Under the pieces are notes generated by a model. That model worked only from the letters and a program-made list of their open reading frames with translations. It was not told the origin of the DNA and searched no databases. A stretch of 64,000 nt of DNA. It comes from Octopus sinensis. Lineage: Eukaryota. How positions within the stretch are numbered: position 1 is the stretch's first letter; each line of letters starts with the position of its first letter. Below are positions 1-13,040 of this stretch, one piece after another. The stretch spans positions 61,318,001 through 61,382,000 of the forward strand of contig NC_043001.1 in the NCBI RefSeq assembly GCF_006345805.1, written 5' to 3'. The position numbers were made by a program, and so were the translations under genes.

Positions 1-2465
1 GTGTTTCTAGCTGTTTGTCATTTGTAGCGTACAGTTTTAGGTCATCCATATATAAAAGGTGGCTGATCGTTTTGCCGTAACATTTATATCCGCATCCAGT
101 TCTATTTAGCATATCAGATAGAGGTGACAATACCAAACAGAAAAGGAGTGGAGAGAGCGTGTCTCCCTGGAATATTCCTCTTCTAATGGGGATGGCTTTG
201 GTTTACACGAGTCCCTCTTTTGTTTGGAGCTGTAGCACAGTCTGCCATTTATTCATAGAATGTCCTATGCATTTTATAATTGTTGGTGCTACGTTGTTAA
301 TGGCTAGTGTTTCGAGGATCCATGTGTGGGAATGCTATCAAACGTCGTTCGGTAGTCGATCCAGGCCATACTGAAGCCTTTCTTCTTTCTGCAGTTATGG
401 CTTTATTGATCATTAGTTGATCGTTACAGCCATATGAGCCCTTGCGGTTGTTTTCGTCCAGGTGCTCATTCAATCTTTGTGGTATTACTGCAACAAAGGC
501 TTTGTACATAGTAGGGAGACAGGTTATAGGTCTGTAGTTTTCTGGTTTTGCCGTTTCATTGGATTTGGGAATTGAGATGGTTTTCCCTTTCGTGAGCCAT
601 ACAGGGACTGTGTCTGGCTCTGCCAGTATGTTGTAAAAGTTTTCAGCCAGCTTTTTGTGTATTACTGTCAGATATTTCAGCCAGAAGTTGTGGATCTTTT
701 CGTTCCCAGGTCCCTTCCAGTTGCTTAGGCTTTTCAGTGCCTGGGTGACCTCTTCAGTTGTTATGGGGGTCCAGAGTTGCTCAGATGCTAAGTTTGTTGT
801 TTTAATGCTCCTTTTTTGTGGTTGTTCATTCGCCGACCATATTTCTTTCCAGAATTCTTCCACTTCTTCTGCAGTGATGTCTATTTTATTTTTGCCAAGT
901 TCTTGGTAGAACTTTTTGGAGTTGGAGTTGAACTGTTTGTTTTGTTCAAAGAAACGTTGGTGTTTCTCATACCGGAAGATCCTTTGTGCTCTGGTAAGAG
1001 TATCATATTTTAGCTTTTCTTTTATCTCAGGTAAACCGTTTTCTGTGATGTTGTATTTGCACAGTATTTTTGTTTTCGTTTTGTTGCTTAGTAGCGTTGA
1101 TTGTCTACGAATTTAGTTACGAATCGACAGATCTTTCGTAATTCTTTGCATTTTTAATGTTATTTATCCACAGGGTTTGTTTGGGTGGTGGTACTCCTGT
1201 TTGTATGGGTTTGAGGGAGTATCCAGCTTCTTTTGTGGCTGCAGTGGCTGCTGCATATACTATTTCATTTAGCTCAGTGATATCGCTATTTGTTTCAGTT
1301 GCTATTAGCTCTGTGACGGCTAGGTTTATGTTGTTTTTTATTGATGTTGTTTTTTTGTCTATTTTGATTTTTGGGAGGTTTGGTTGGTGGTCCATTTTGA
1401 GATCTGTGTTTTTCAGTTCTTTGATTATTCTACTTTTTATAGTATCATAATAATTAGGCTCCCCTTCGATGTTTCCAGGTTTTAGATTTGTGTCGCTTTC
1501 TTTCTCATTCGTAGGTTTGCCTGTCGTGTTTTGGCTTGCTGCTTGTCGTGCATTATTATGCTTCCTTACGGTCTGGGTTTGTTGTTTTTTGTTTACATCG
1601 TTTTTGTTGGAAATGTTTTGTTTGTCTTCGTGTTTTACTATCTCAGTGTTTATATTATTTGGCATTGTTGTGTGGCTTCTATCTACATTTTCCTGATGTA
1701 TTTTTCCTTTTAAATCTTCTTTTTCTATGTGTGTGTAATGTTTTTGCATTGAGAATATATCTTCATACGTTAGCTAGTTTATTAGGGTTCATTGCTGTAT
1801 CCAAGTCTTTATTTATGTTATTTTTCTTCCATATTTTTATATGTATATGTTATTGTGTTTTCGTTCTTTGGGCAGAGCACTGCTGTAAAGTAAGCGTGTA
1901 GGATAGAAATGTATTCCTCACGAGTCCATTTATGCCTTTTTGGTTTTATTTGCAGAACATGAGGAGCAGCGTCCGGCCCATTATTTTGACGGTGGTCATT
2001 TTCGTAGGGTACCGCACCGTTCATTTCTGTTGTCACATTGTTTTGCACATGTAGTGTTTCGTACTTTCTGTGTAACAGGTTCAAAGTACGCACTTCCCGA
2101 TTGTTATTCTTGGGTTGAATAATACCGGTATTATTTAATTTATTCGAATTTTTTTTGTACATGTTGTTTGGGGCCAGAGATGATCTGTTATTGATGGATC
2201 GTAATTATCAATCATGTTTACATGGTTGGAGGTGATATCGAGTTAAAATACATCATTTCATTTGAAAAATATCAATAAATTTCAATGAGTATTACTTACT
2301 CGGATATAGTCCAATCCTTTGTCAGTTATTTTTTGGCTTCATACGATGTCTTTGTTTGTGGATAGGTTTCGGAGCACTGTTTTATCGCTCTCACATGTTA
2401 AACGTCGCCGGTGTTCTTTGTTAAACGTTCCCGGTGTTCTTCTATTAAACGTCACCGGTGTTCTA
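1..2465 (-). mobile_element. R4/Dong-clade non-LTR retrotransposon, 5' half, frameshifted; runs off left edge
   Basis: ORF pieces: 1818-2162 (KRHKWTREEYISILHAY, R4-type N-terminus), 1117-1749, 297-863 (FWKEIW, WKGPGNEKIHNFWLK, NYRPITCLPTMYK, KGSYGCNDQLMINKAI = early RT subdomains). Confidence 0.85.
2398..2464. repeat. Three ~24-bp tandem units (ttaaacgtcrccggtgttct) at the 5' end of the Dong element
   Basis: Read directly from sequence. Confidence 0.8.
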
Positions 2466-2484
2466 ATATTAGTATTATTATTAT

Positions 2485-2514
<30 letters not shown>
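2466..2514. repeat. (ATT/TAA)n microsatellite between two Dong elements
   Basis: Read directly from sequence. Confidence 0.95.
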
Positions 2515-2517
<3 letters not shown>

Positions 2518-2935
2518 GAAAGACTTTCGGATAGTTCTTAATTACTGGTTATTAGTTCTTAATTACTGGTTATTCTTTACTTGAAGAAAGCAATAAGAAA
2601 TCAACGAAGGTTTCAGTGACTCAAAGATACAATACTCTCCTTAGAATGTGAGCTATACCAAACAATGCTGTTTACTGGATCACTTCGGGCCTGACAGCAG
2701 CTCCAATATTCTTAATATGTTTTTCAAAGCCCTTAAAAACTGCTCCTGATTCTCCAATTACCACCTGTATCACCATTACTTACCTCATGCCCCATAACAT
2801 ACCTATATCGTCCCACAGTGGCTGGTATTTCTCACTTTTTTCTGTTTCCTTACGTTTCATCCTCGAATCGCCTAGTATTGCAAAATCTATTATCTTTGCT
2901 TCTTTTTCATCTTTATGGATGATCAATAAACTGGC
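2515..2935 (-). mobile_element. R4/Dong 3' fragment (RLE C-terminus and 3' UTR) ending in (TAA)n
   Basis: Minus strand translates to AKIIDFAILGD...EKYQPL...VVIGESGA...TALFGIAHILRRVL with stops. Confidence 0.75.
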
Positions 2936-3179
2936 CATTTAGCCTCAATGACTTGATCACACTGTTAAAATCCAAGAGAATTGTGTAAAATGTATTATCA
3001 TTATTTTTTTTCTTCCTTTTCTGGCCGAGTGTTTTCCGTACACCTAGGGCAGGGAAACTCATTGTATGCATTCCCAGATTACACGCGCAAATTCACAGGT
3101 GAAATATGTATTTAAAAATTAATAAATACATAAATTCATGAATGGATGTTGTTTTCACAGCGATAATGCTCTTCTCAAT

Positions 3180-6125
3180 ACATGAGCCGTTCCAGTTAAT
3201 ACGATTTTGCACTTCCTATAAGGATGGTAAGCCTGATATTATTTTTAAATAGGTTTCAGTATCTTTTTTTTTATCATTCCTAGAGATCTTACAATCACTT
3301 GTACTGTAAGACTTGAGATGCCGCATTTTATCAATTTCCATTAGCAAGTCTTTATATTTACTAATCTTGTTAAATTCTTTCGCCGCTGTATTGTGATCGC
3401 AAGGATTACTCATGTAAATTAATAAACACACCTTTTTTGTCTGATCTATTATAATAATATTCGGTTTATTAGCTTTTATAGTTTTGTCGGTATGTACGGT
3501 GAAGTCCCATAGAATCGAAATATTTTCTCCCTCAGTCACAGCTTCAGGATGGTGTTTATATTATTTGTCAGCGGTTTTGATTTTAGAATGCCGACATATT
3601 GTCCAATATAAATACTGGCCGACTCTGTTGTCTTGCTTTATATTCTACAGGTGCTAAGACTCTACACCCTGAGATTAGGTGGACTATAGTTTCAATCTCA
3701 TCGTTACAGATTTGGCATTTGGGATCAGCTGTATTTTTTTATCACATTGGCTAGGTAGTTCCAGGTTAATAAGCTTTGGTCTTGAGCAGCTAATATAAAA
3801 CCTTCACTCTCTGCTTCTAGCTTTGAGCTTCGTAACCATTGGTGCGTGTGTTTCTGGTCGATATCAGCTTTTTTGCTACGGACCACATACTTGCCATGCA
3901 GAGGTTTTTGTTCCCATATGCTAGCTAATTTTTCATGTGCAATTAATTTTATTTTCTTTGCAGCAGCAGTTAGCGCATTTCCATCAACCTGATCAATCTG
4001 GTGGGTATCTAAGAGATCAGTAGCGACTTTTTTGCTCTCTTTAGTGAAGTTTTTTCAGTCTTTCATGTTTTTCAACAAGTTTTAACATCTAATCGTTGGT
4101 TGCTTCAAGGTAGTTGGCCAGTCCGATTGTGGTAGTTTTGTATGTAAGTTCAAGCTGGATCAAACCTCGAACTCCCTGAGCTCTTGGAAGGTAAAGGCGG
4201 TCCACGTCTGCCTTTGGATGATGCATCTTATCACAAGTCAGTAGCTTGCGGATTTTTCTGTCAATTTTCATTATTTCACTGGTATTCCAGTTAAGCACAT
4301 TAAAGCTATAAAGATCAACTGGGACTGTTAAGGAATTTATGGCTAACACCTTATTATATGCATTCAGCTCAGACTTCAGGATTGCTCGATCTCTTCAATA
4401 ACATTCCTTCCTAACATTCTCTTTCATGCTTGCATGCTGGATACCAGAGCTTTCATTTATTCCTAGGTATTTATAGGTCTGTTCCTGCTCAAGTTCCTTT
4501 ATTACTGTTTCGACATCTAATTCGATTGAACTTGACTTTACCAGTTTCCCTTTCTTAAACGTGGCTTTGGCACACTTTTCAAGGCCAAATTCCATCCCGA
4601 TATCATCACTGAATCCTTTCACAGTATGTAGTAGTCCTTCAAGCACTTCATCATCTTTGACATAAAGTTTTAAATCATCCATATAAAATAAATATCTTAT
4701 TTTCCTGTTGTCAATTTTGTTGCCATATCCTGTTCTATTCAGTTCACTTGAGAATGGTATTAGTGCTATGCAGAAAATTAGTGGTGAAAGTGAGTCACCT
4801 TGGAAAATGCCACAGTTTATGCTGATTTTGTTTGAGCGCAATACTCCATTAGAATGATATAATTGGAGCTTCATGTTCCATAGTGATACATTATACTATA
4901 AAAAATCTGAAATCACAGGAGACATTTTGAAAATGTCCGGCGATTTCAGAATCCACGAATGTAGTATGCTGTCAAAAGCTCTTTTATAATCAATCCATGA
5001 AGAGCTGAAATTTCTGCGCTTTTTATGGCAGTTTTCAAGGAGCATGCGATTAATTAGGAGCTGATCTTTGAATCCGTATGAGCCTAGTCTGCATCCTTTT
5101 TGTTCAGTGGGAAAGAGGTAATTCTCTTCCGTAAACGTATATGTTTTCTCTACTAGAATAGATATCAAAATCTTATAGGTAGTAGATAAGCATATTATAG
5201 GCCGACAGTTGTTTGGGTCTTTCGGTTCTTTATTTTTGGGGAGGAGGTAGCAATACGATTTGCCATCCAATGGGGAGCTTTTGCCGGGTCTTTTAAATAG
5301 TATTACTAAATATAGTATTATTAAATAGTATGCGGACGAGAGTGATAAGAGCCAGAAATTTGGTACTCTATCAATAACAGGGGATTTTCACTTATGTGCT
5401 TTCGCTAGTGCCCTCCTTAGGTCGGCGATTGAGATGTCTTCTCTTACCTGTTCTTGTTGATTTTTGTCGTCATCTTGGGTGCGTTTGATCCACTTTGCAT
5501 TTTCATTGTATGGTTTCTCATCACCCCAGATCCTTTTCCAAAAGTATTCAACTTCTTCCATTGGGGGTCGATTTTCAATGGCTATTTTTTCTTTCCCTAT
5601 TTCCCTGTAAAACGATTCGGCATTGGATTTGAACATCTTATTTTGTTTGTAGAATTTGATTCTTTTCTCAAATCTGAGCTTTTGCTTGAACTTTTTGTTT
5701 AAGTATTTCTTTTGCTGACATTAGTTCTCTTGTTGTGAGTCCATAATTTCTCACAACCTTCCTGCCTTTTCTTGATCTTACACCATTTCCAGAGATCAGC
5801 TCAGTTAATATTGATATCTCCTGTCGCAATGATTCAATTTCAGTTTCAATTCTACTCCTCCAGTTTGATGATTTCGTTTCGAATTTGGTATTGTTGGCTT
5901 TTGGGGAGTTAAACAGCGTCTTTCGATTACCTTAGCAACAGAGTAAATAATTTCATTTAACTTATTAAGATCATGATTTAGTTGTATGATTCTCGTGTAA
6001 ACGCAGTTGCCAATGTTTATTTGTGTGTTGTATTGGTGTGCATTTGAGAGTTGATGGAGTGGTTCCCTATCATTCATATTCGTAGGCCCTACAACTGCAA
6101 GCTCATTCAGAACTTCCTGCTTCAC
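3180..6125 (-). mobile_element. R4/Dong-clade LINE, near-complete ORF broken by frameshifts/stops (RT, CCHC, RLE)
   Basis: GIFQGDSLSPLIF and LFYMDDLKLY (4395-4874); NCRPIICLSTTYK (4896-5270); HPKADVDRLYLPR (4089-4349); EGFILAAQDQ and CQICNDEIETIVH near 3660-3840; ILWDFTVHTDKTIKANKPNIII (3216-3539). Confidence 0.92.
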
Positions 6126-6129
6126 TTCA

Positions 6130-6930
6130 GTGATAGATTTTCTGTGTTGTTCAGCAAGCGATTTGAAAAATGCAAGAAGCTATGTGAGCATATATAATGG
6201 GAGAGAAGTACTTCTGAATACTCCTCAAACTGACGTAGAAGTCACAATGAAAAAAATAATCTCCTATAAACGTACAGATGTGAAAAGTCGGAATTTGAAG
6301 AACTTCACAGGGCTTTGTGTCCAATCTGGGACATACGTTACGAAAATTAATCGGTATGGAACGGTAGACGTAAGATTCGCTACAGAAGAAGAGGCCAGAA
6401 AAAAAGTCAACCACCACACTGAGAGACAATGATCTCTTCTTAATACCCATATGTCTGAGTGGCAGAGTGGAAAAACTAAAAACCACAGAAATCCGACTAG
6501 AAATAAATATCAACTGGTTGTTAGCAGATGTCCTCCTAAACATGGACAAGGCGAATATTTTAAAGGTAAGGAAAATGCAACAGCAAAGCTCGATGGGACA
6601 AACAATGGAATTATGGGTCCAATTGGATTTTGAAAGTACGAAATCCATATCAGATGGCAACAAGCTCCACGTGTTCATTGAAGGCAGAAGCCGAGGTGTT
6701 CCCTCTGCTGGGACACAAACCATCTAAAAGCCATCTGCCAACAACAAAACAAGGAAGACCCCTCCACCCCACATACACTTCTGTCAACGGCCGAACACCA
6801 ACGAAGGTAGGTAGCTGCAACATCACCAACAACAGAACCAAAACCGATAACCTCGTAAACAACAGCAACAACTGTGACTACAATATCCACAGCAGCAACA
6901 CCACTGCCAACAACAAAAACATTTAAGGTT
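6130..6930 (+). pseudogene. Degenerate L1/Tx1-like ORF1 (gag-like) with CCHC zinc knuckle
   Basis: Frameshifted ORFs 6130-6432 and 6467-6727; a shifted frame near 6697-6740 reads CSLCWDTNHLKAIC (C-x2-C-x4-H-x4-C); RYGTVDVRFATEEEAR resembles the fragment near 33500. Confidence 0.6.
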
Positions 6931-7059
6931 ATCTCAACAGATAGTTGAGTCACTATATAGTCACTATATATAGCAGTGCAGAGTTATTGGATAAACAATT
7001 TTACATATTAAACGCATTCCTGGAAGCTGGTACGTGAATACTAATGACTTGTAGGTACG

Positions 7060-7510
7060 TGATTTAGTAAGAGAGCTAGTTGTTCAGTGAGAAAATGAAA
7101 TTATCAGAAGGCATTTTTGGAATTTAAAACAGATTTATTTAAAGAGAGGATAACACGGTGTAATAAATAGATAAATAAAGATAATTATGATTTTCTCTTG
7201 TGTATAAGGATGTGTGCGACGATAGAATTAACTATCTGCTGGACTGATGCTGGCAAATAAAATAGTTACCTCACTTATGAGCAGTAACAATCCATGCTTA
7301 GTGTGAAAGAGAAAATGCAATAAGTCGTTTCCAAGTGAGTGTATAAATAACCAATCAGCATGTCAGTTGATGATCATGTGTTAACCTTCCAGCTTCGAGG
7401 CAGCAACTGAAAGTTTTTTTTTTGTTTTCGCGCCCTTCGGCTGGGCGGAAGTCGTCATGAGTATTCCTCCACCACTAGCTTTTAAAGGGCAGAGGAACGC
7501 ATTACCTGTA
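7060..7510. repeat. Direct repeat B, copy 1 (~450 bp; partner 8820-9295)
   Basis: Shared blocks such as gagaaaatgaaat(t/c)atcagaaggcatttt, tgtgaaagagaaaatgcaataag, gcttttaaagggcagaggaacgcattacctgt. Confidence 0.9.
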
Positions 7511-8819
7511 TGTCGTTAGGCAGGGGCGAAATAGTTCGATTACCCTACTACAGATACCCAGTCGGGGATTGTAGAACGCTAAGCACGCATTAAAATACAA
7601 GACAATAGTAATTTGAACATTATAAACATGGAGCATGCAAACAACGGTCTAGAACCGGTAAAAAAATTACCAAGAATGTTCCAGATCAGAGTTCCATCTG
7701 ATCTCGGAAAAAATGGCATAAGCAAAATATTGAATATTCACAAACATATGTAACAGGAAAAAGGAGCCATGAAAAGCAAAAACAAATGTACACTATAATA
7801 ATAAAGAAGCTGAAGGAAGACCTTCGTAGATTGCTGTCCGAGTATCTGGTCTCCGCGAAAGAGAACAAGCGAAACCTGACATGCAAAAGTGATCGCAACT
7901 GTCCTGAAAACTGGAATCTACAGGATGCGAATGTCAAAGTGTATGAGAGTGGAATGTTGGTTGCTGAGACATAAGCAGTGCCAAGATTTTGTCTGCGAAA
8001 GCGGTGGGTCACTTGCAGAAAATATTGGCTGTTAGGCCATCAGCAGTGCCAAAAGTTTGCTTGCAGGAGCAGCGAGTCGCCTGAAGTGGCAAGAGAGTTT
8101 TAAATCTGCAAGAGCGGTGGGTCGCTTGTAGATACAAGTGTTGCAAGCCTGCAAGAGCGATTAATCGCTTACAGATGCTACAATTGGGAGCCTGCAGAGA
8201 CTAAAGTGTCAATGCATTAAATACAGGAAGGATAAAACATGCAAAACATAATGTGCGCGTGTATCTGCTGGAAGTAACATAAAACAACACCGATAGTAAA
8301 GTCTGATGCAGTATCTCCCAAAGAAAAGCTGTGCATCAGAGACTGAATGTGCAACATGAGGTGTGAGTAGGGTGCGTGTCACAGCGTCAAAAGGTATGTT
8401 ACAGAATGGATGCACATGAGAATATGAAAAGAATGCAACAAAATGCAACAAAATGAGCAGAAAGAAATTTGAACAAGAATCTTCATATAATGCTGAAGAT
8501 AGGAATTAGTCCACATTGTTTTTCATGTTCTTGTCGCTTGACTGAGAAAAAAAATTAAACTCTAGTGAAACAGAGTTGCAATCGGTATCAAATGGCGGCT
8601 GGCGGGAAAATGTATATATCCAAGTGCGAAGGCACGTGCATGGAATACCATAAACTGGAAGATAAGTCGGTGTTTTGGAAATGGAATGAAAATATTTACA
8701 CATCTGAGTTCATCTGTGAATGTTCAGTGATGCGGCTAGTACTCCCTATTCTTTTTTTCATTTTTACTTTAAATGTTAGTAAATGTTTCATCATGAAACA
8801 TTCTCACGTCAGGTCACTG

Positions 8820-9295
8820 ATTTTAGTAACAGAGATACTTGCTCAGTGTGAGAAAATGAAATCATCAGAAGGCATTTTGGAAATTGACATAATGCAGATT
8901 TATTTAAAGAGTGGATAACACGGTGTAACAAATAAACAAAGGTAATTATGGTTTTGACAGTTCTGTATAAAGAAGTGTGCGACGATAGAAATAACGATCT
9001 GCTGGACTGATGTTGTCGGAGAAGAGTTACTTCACTAATGTGCAGTAGCAAACCATGCATTGTGTGAAAGAGAAAATGCAATAAGACGTTTCCAAGTGAG
9101 TGTATAAGTAACCAATCAGCGTGTCGTTTTGAGTGACCAGAATCACTGGACAGTTGACGATCGCGTGTTAGCCTTCCAACTTCTAGGCAGCAACAGAAAG
9201 TTTGTTATGAATTTGTGCCCTATGGCTGGGCAGAGGTCGTCATGTGTGTTCCTCCGCCGCTAGCTTTTAAAGGGCAGAGGAACGCATTACCTGTG
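8820..9295. repeat. Direct repeat B, copy 2
   Basis: Diverged copy of 7060-7510 with a small insertion near 9130-9160. Confidence 0.9.
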
Positions 9296-9624
9296 TTACG
9301 ACTTCCCTGCTACAGGTATTTCGTTATGAAACCATTTTATACTATAAAGTATTTTAAATGATTTTATAGGCCAATATTGCGTTCTACTGCGTCAGCAGTG
9401 CGACTTTACATTATTTGTTACGGTTATCTCCACAGATATTCAATAGAAATTATAGCCAGCACTGATTTTTGTTACTACGTTTCGTATACGGGATGTCAGA
9501 TGTAAACAATGAAATCTAAGATGAAAACTGGGTGATGGATGTATATGCCATATTTCGGTGGGTTTTTCCCCTTTATCAGCACCCATCTAACCCATTAATC
9601 ATCCTCGAACACATTGCTTAAATA

Positions 9625-9750
9625 GCCACTGTATATAGCTGATCATAGTTATTGGATAAACTAATATACATTGGATAAACTAATATACATATTAAGCGTA
9701 TACCTGGAAGTCGGTACGTGAATATTAACGACGTGAATACTAATGACTTC
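9625..9750. repeat. Direct repeat A' (copy of 6955-7050)
   Basis: gttattggataaac...catattaa(a/g)cg...cctggaag...ggtacgtgaata...ctaatgactt present at both sites. Confidence 0.8.
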
Positions 9751-9759
9751 CTGGACCCT

Positions 9760-11650
9760 TCCTGGATGTGAGTAGTAACGAAGGGAGTGCTTTCAGACTA
9801 GTGGCTGTGTGAGGTCTGACAGAAGCAGGGCAGCCCTTTTGAGGTTTTCCTGGGATTGTCACATTCTTTGGAGCTTATCAGCTGTCTTTGAGCCACGATT
9901 GGGCAGTGTGTGGTTAGCGGACAGAAGAGGGATGGGCAAAAGCCATGAAAACCTGCTAAGATGATTTCAAAGGTCTCACAGGTAACGGCTAAATTTTCCG
10001 TATGTACCAATGTGGATCTCTCTCATCTCATCGGGTCATCCAGTACATAAGTGGTGTAGGTTGTCCACTTTTTAAAATCATCGGCTACACACACCACAAA
10101 TTTGTGATTTATACAGTCGGCTTAGATAGACTATATAGACAAGGATCCGATTACTGGAAGCTGAATGCATCACGCCCGGTGTGCCAAGCTTACAGAGACC
10201 GCAATGAGGAATTAGTTAAGCGGGCGTTAACGGGGTCAATTCTCAATAACAAATGAAGGTACGCAATGATAAAGGGCAATTAGAATATAATCGATTAGGT
10301 TTAGAAAAGCACTAGTGATAGAGGAAAATCGAATAGAGGGAAACTTAGGAACTTAGAAGAGGCACTTAGAAGGGGCCTTGCAGCGCATGTGCTGGCGGCG
10401 AGATTGGTCCTTGACCAATTCTTTAACGCTAACCACGAAGGATGCATTATCAGATCTAAGGTAAAGCTCTAAGAAACAAGGAAACTAAAGCCACTCGATG
10501 GGCCCAATTAGCAGAGGCTCACCGTGACAACAAAGCCACGGTACTTGAACCTGAGATGTGTGCAGCATTTCAGCAGCACTTCGGCCAACTGTTTGGGAAG
10601 AATGGTGGCGCGGAACATCGACAGTATTGCACGACTCTCGGCAGTTGGAGCGAGGCGTTACGTGATGCCGATAACAACCGAGGAAAAACGAGATGCGTTG
10701 ATGGGATGCACAGGGTGCAAATCGCCCGGTTCGATGGTCTACCCTACCAGCTTTATTATTATATGCCAAATTTGTTTGTAGGCCTCTTAGCAGATATCAA
10801 CTGCAACTGGCAACGGAACGGGAGGATTCCTATTTCTGTGGGCCGACAAACGGTGGTACTGCTGAGAAATGTCACATAGTCAGGGGAACAAATAAAAACT
10901 GTTCAGCCAATAAGACTGCTGAACGCAGACTTATTGTTTTGGCCAAGGTTCTAAAGTTTTGGCCAAAGTTCTAACGATGAGGCTGACGCTTGTCGTCGAG
11001 GTACTGATTGGTGAAACGGAAACATGCACCATCTCAAGCAGATCATTCCACAACAACCCCCACCTCATGCAAAGCATCATAGACAGAGCGGGTAATGAAG
11101 TTGGCATGGAATGGGGCGCTGATCAATTTGGATCAAACTGATAGGGTCGACCACGAATATTTGGCGGTCGGTTTCGGTCCTGTTTTTCGTGGCTGGATCG
11201 CAGCAATTGGTAGCGTTATTTGCTCGATAGTTCGGGTGAAACGGTTCCTATCGGAACAGTTTAGCATCATATGCTCGGCCCGTCAAGGATGTCTCTTCAC
11301 GTCGTATCTCGTGCTTGTGATGGCTCTAGAGCCACTACTGCGGAAACTGGAGGCATGGAGCGGCATCCTGCGGAAAGTAAGACGTGGAAGAACCACTTTG
11401 GCATACGCGAACACGAACCACATCCACCTGGAAAGCATCGCCCTAAAAACAATACGAGAGCGTGCCAGGAGCAAAACTCAAACAGGAGTGGTCAGTGGTC
11501 GTGCAACTCAGCACCTGGAGAGTCAGATGCATTCTTTCCAACAGCGCCGTGGGCCGTTGAAAGAAGGACCGTTTTAATTGTTCGGAGTCTATTTTCCAGG
11601 TGAAGAATTGGGATGAGGTGACGGGCAGTGTAGCCGATCTCACCTACTAA
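9760..11650 (+). mobile_element. Degenerate L1/Tx1-like ORF2 (APE endonuclease and RT)
   Basis: FRLVAV, YWKLNAS, CAAFQQHFGQLFG, KSPG-FDGLPYQLY (frameshifted), RQGC...LVMALEPLLRKL...LAYAN. Confidence 0.8.
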
Positions 11651-12174
11651 TCGACTTTGCGAAAAGTATCCCTGAATGGTCGGGTGAAGATGGTGAATGC
11701 TTACATCGCATCCGTCATCTACTTACCGCCTCACCGTCGTGCTTGTCTCGGTTCGAGTCTGACCAAACTGGAGCGCTTAAGTTTCCCGCTTTCTGCATGC
11801 AGGAGCTTACAATTTCAGTTGCTTTATTGAATTGAATGTGCCTTGCCTTAGATGTGGACTGATGATTACTTCTTGTATAAACCGTTTTCAACAATGCAGT
11901 TGGTTTTCGTATGGTGACTTTGTATATTTTCATCTCAATCAAAACAATCACATTATCTTTACTTATTCCCGTGTATATTTCATATCTCACTGTTATTTTA
12001 GTACATGTTATTTATCAGGACCAACATCTTTTTTACATGGTGATTATTATTTGATTTACATCACCTTTAAGTAGCAGTTTCAGAGCACTTTCAATAATTC
12101 CTTTTCTGATACAATTGGATATATATCACTTTCAGTTCATTAAGTTAAATATTTGGTTCTTACTGATTTCAAAT

Positions 12175-12385
12175 TTGGGCACAAGGCTAGCATTCTTGTT
12201 TTTGTGGGATGGGTGTTAAGTCGATTAAATCGACCCCAGCGCTCAAATATTACCTATTTTATCGATCACGAGGGATGAAAGGCAAAATCAACTTCACCTA
12301 AATTTGAACACATCATAAAGACGGACGAAATACTGGTAAGCATTTTGCCCGGCGTGTTACCGATACTGTTACCTCGCTGCCTTAG
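12175..12385 (-). mobile_element. tRNA-derived SINE, family 1 (cephalopod-type)
   Basis: Matches other copies: atcgaccc...ggatgaaaggcaaa...aatttgaac...gacggacgaaata...aagcatttt/cgcccggcg. Confidence 0.75.
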
Positions 12386-12439
12386 ATTTAGTTTAATATC
12401 AGGATGATATATAAGTTGAATATATCGCTGAATATCAAA

Positions 12440-12625
12440 CTGCGAGCTGGCAAAATCATTAGTACACTAGACCAAATATTTCACGGTATTTTGTCCCTCT
12501 TTACCTCCTGAGATCAAATTCCACCGAGGTCAAATTTACCTTTTATCCTTTCAGTGGGGGTCGATGTAATTGCCTTAAAACCTTCTCCGAAATTGCTGTC
12601 TGCCTTCCAAAATTTGAAACCAATG
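12440..12625 (+). mobile_element. tRNA-derived SINE, family 1, degenerate
   Basis: gagctggcaaaatcattag A-box-like; gagatcaaattccaccgaggtc B-box-like. Confidence 0.65.
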
Positions 12626-12639
12626 TAAGAATGTACAGT

Positions 12640-13040
12640 ATTTTTTCACTGTAATCTCATTCCTTCCATTCCATTCAGCATTTATTATTAGAATGAATAT
12701 TTCTTATCTAATATTGATTCTTCTATTAATTTGTGCTGTGCCTTTTCAGTTCCCTCTAATAATAAATACTGGAGTGGATGCCTTTTAATTCTCCGATGTA
12801 TGTACCTTTATCTATATAACCTTTAGTCTTGATTATTTTCTTTCCTTTTATGATCGCTTTGGCACATGCGTGTAATCTCGTTTGCATATTTTGTCGTGCT
12901 TAAGTAAATTTTAGGTTTTGCGCCTGGGTATTATCACTTTCGAATATTATTTTTATTTCCATTTGCGTGGTATTCATATCCAGGAAATGTTTTTAAATTT
13001 TGTTTATGTGGTTTCACATAACGGATTTGCTATAAATTCG
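12640..13040 (-). mobile_element. Possible decayed Penelope-like GIY-YIG remnant
   Basis: Stop-riddled minus-strand frames with SDNTQAQNL...CAKA...YIGE resembling the PLE endonuclease. Confidence 0.3.

Noticed and set aside
11853-11890. CUGAUGA motif as HHR or C/D snoRNA
   Set aside because: GAAA replaced by UAAA, stems marginal, no D box with terminal stem
11715-12130. Possible minus-strand host exon with gtaag donor near 11722
   Set aside because: No recognisable protein or acceptor; more like decayed LINE
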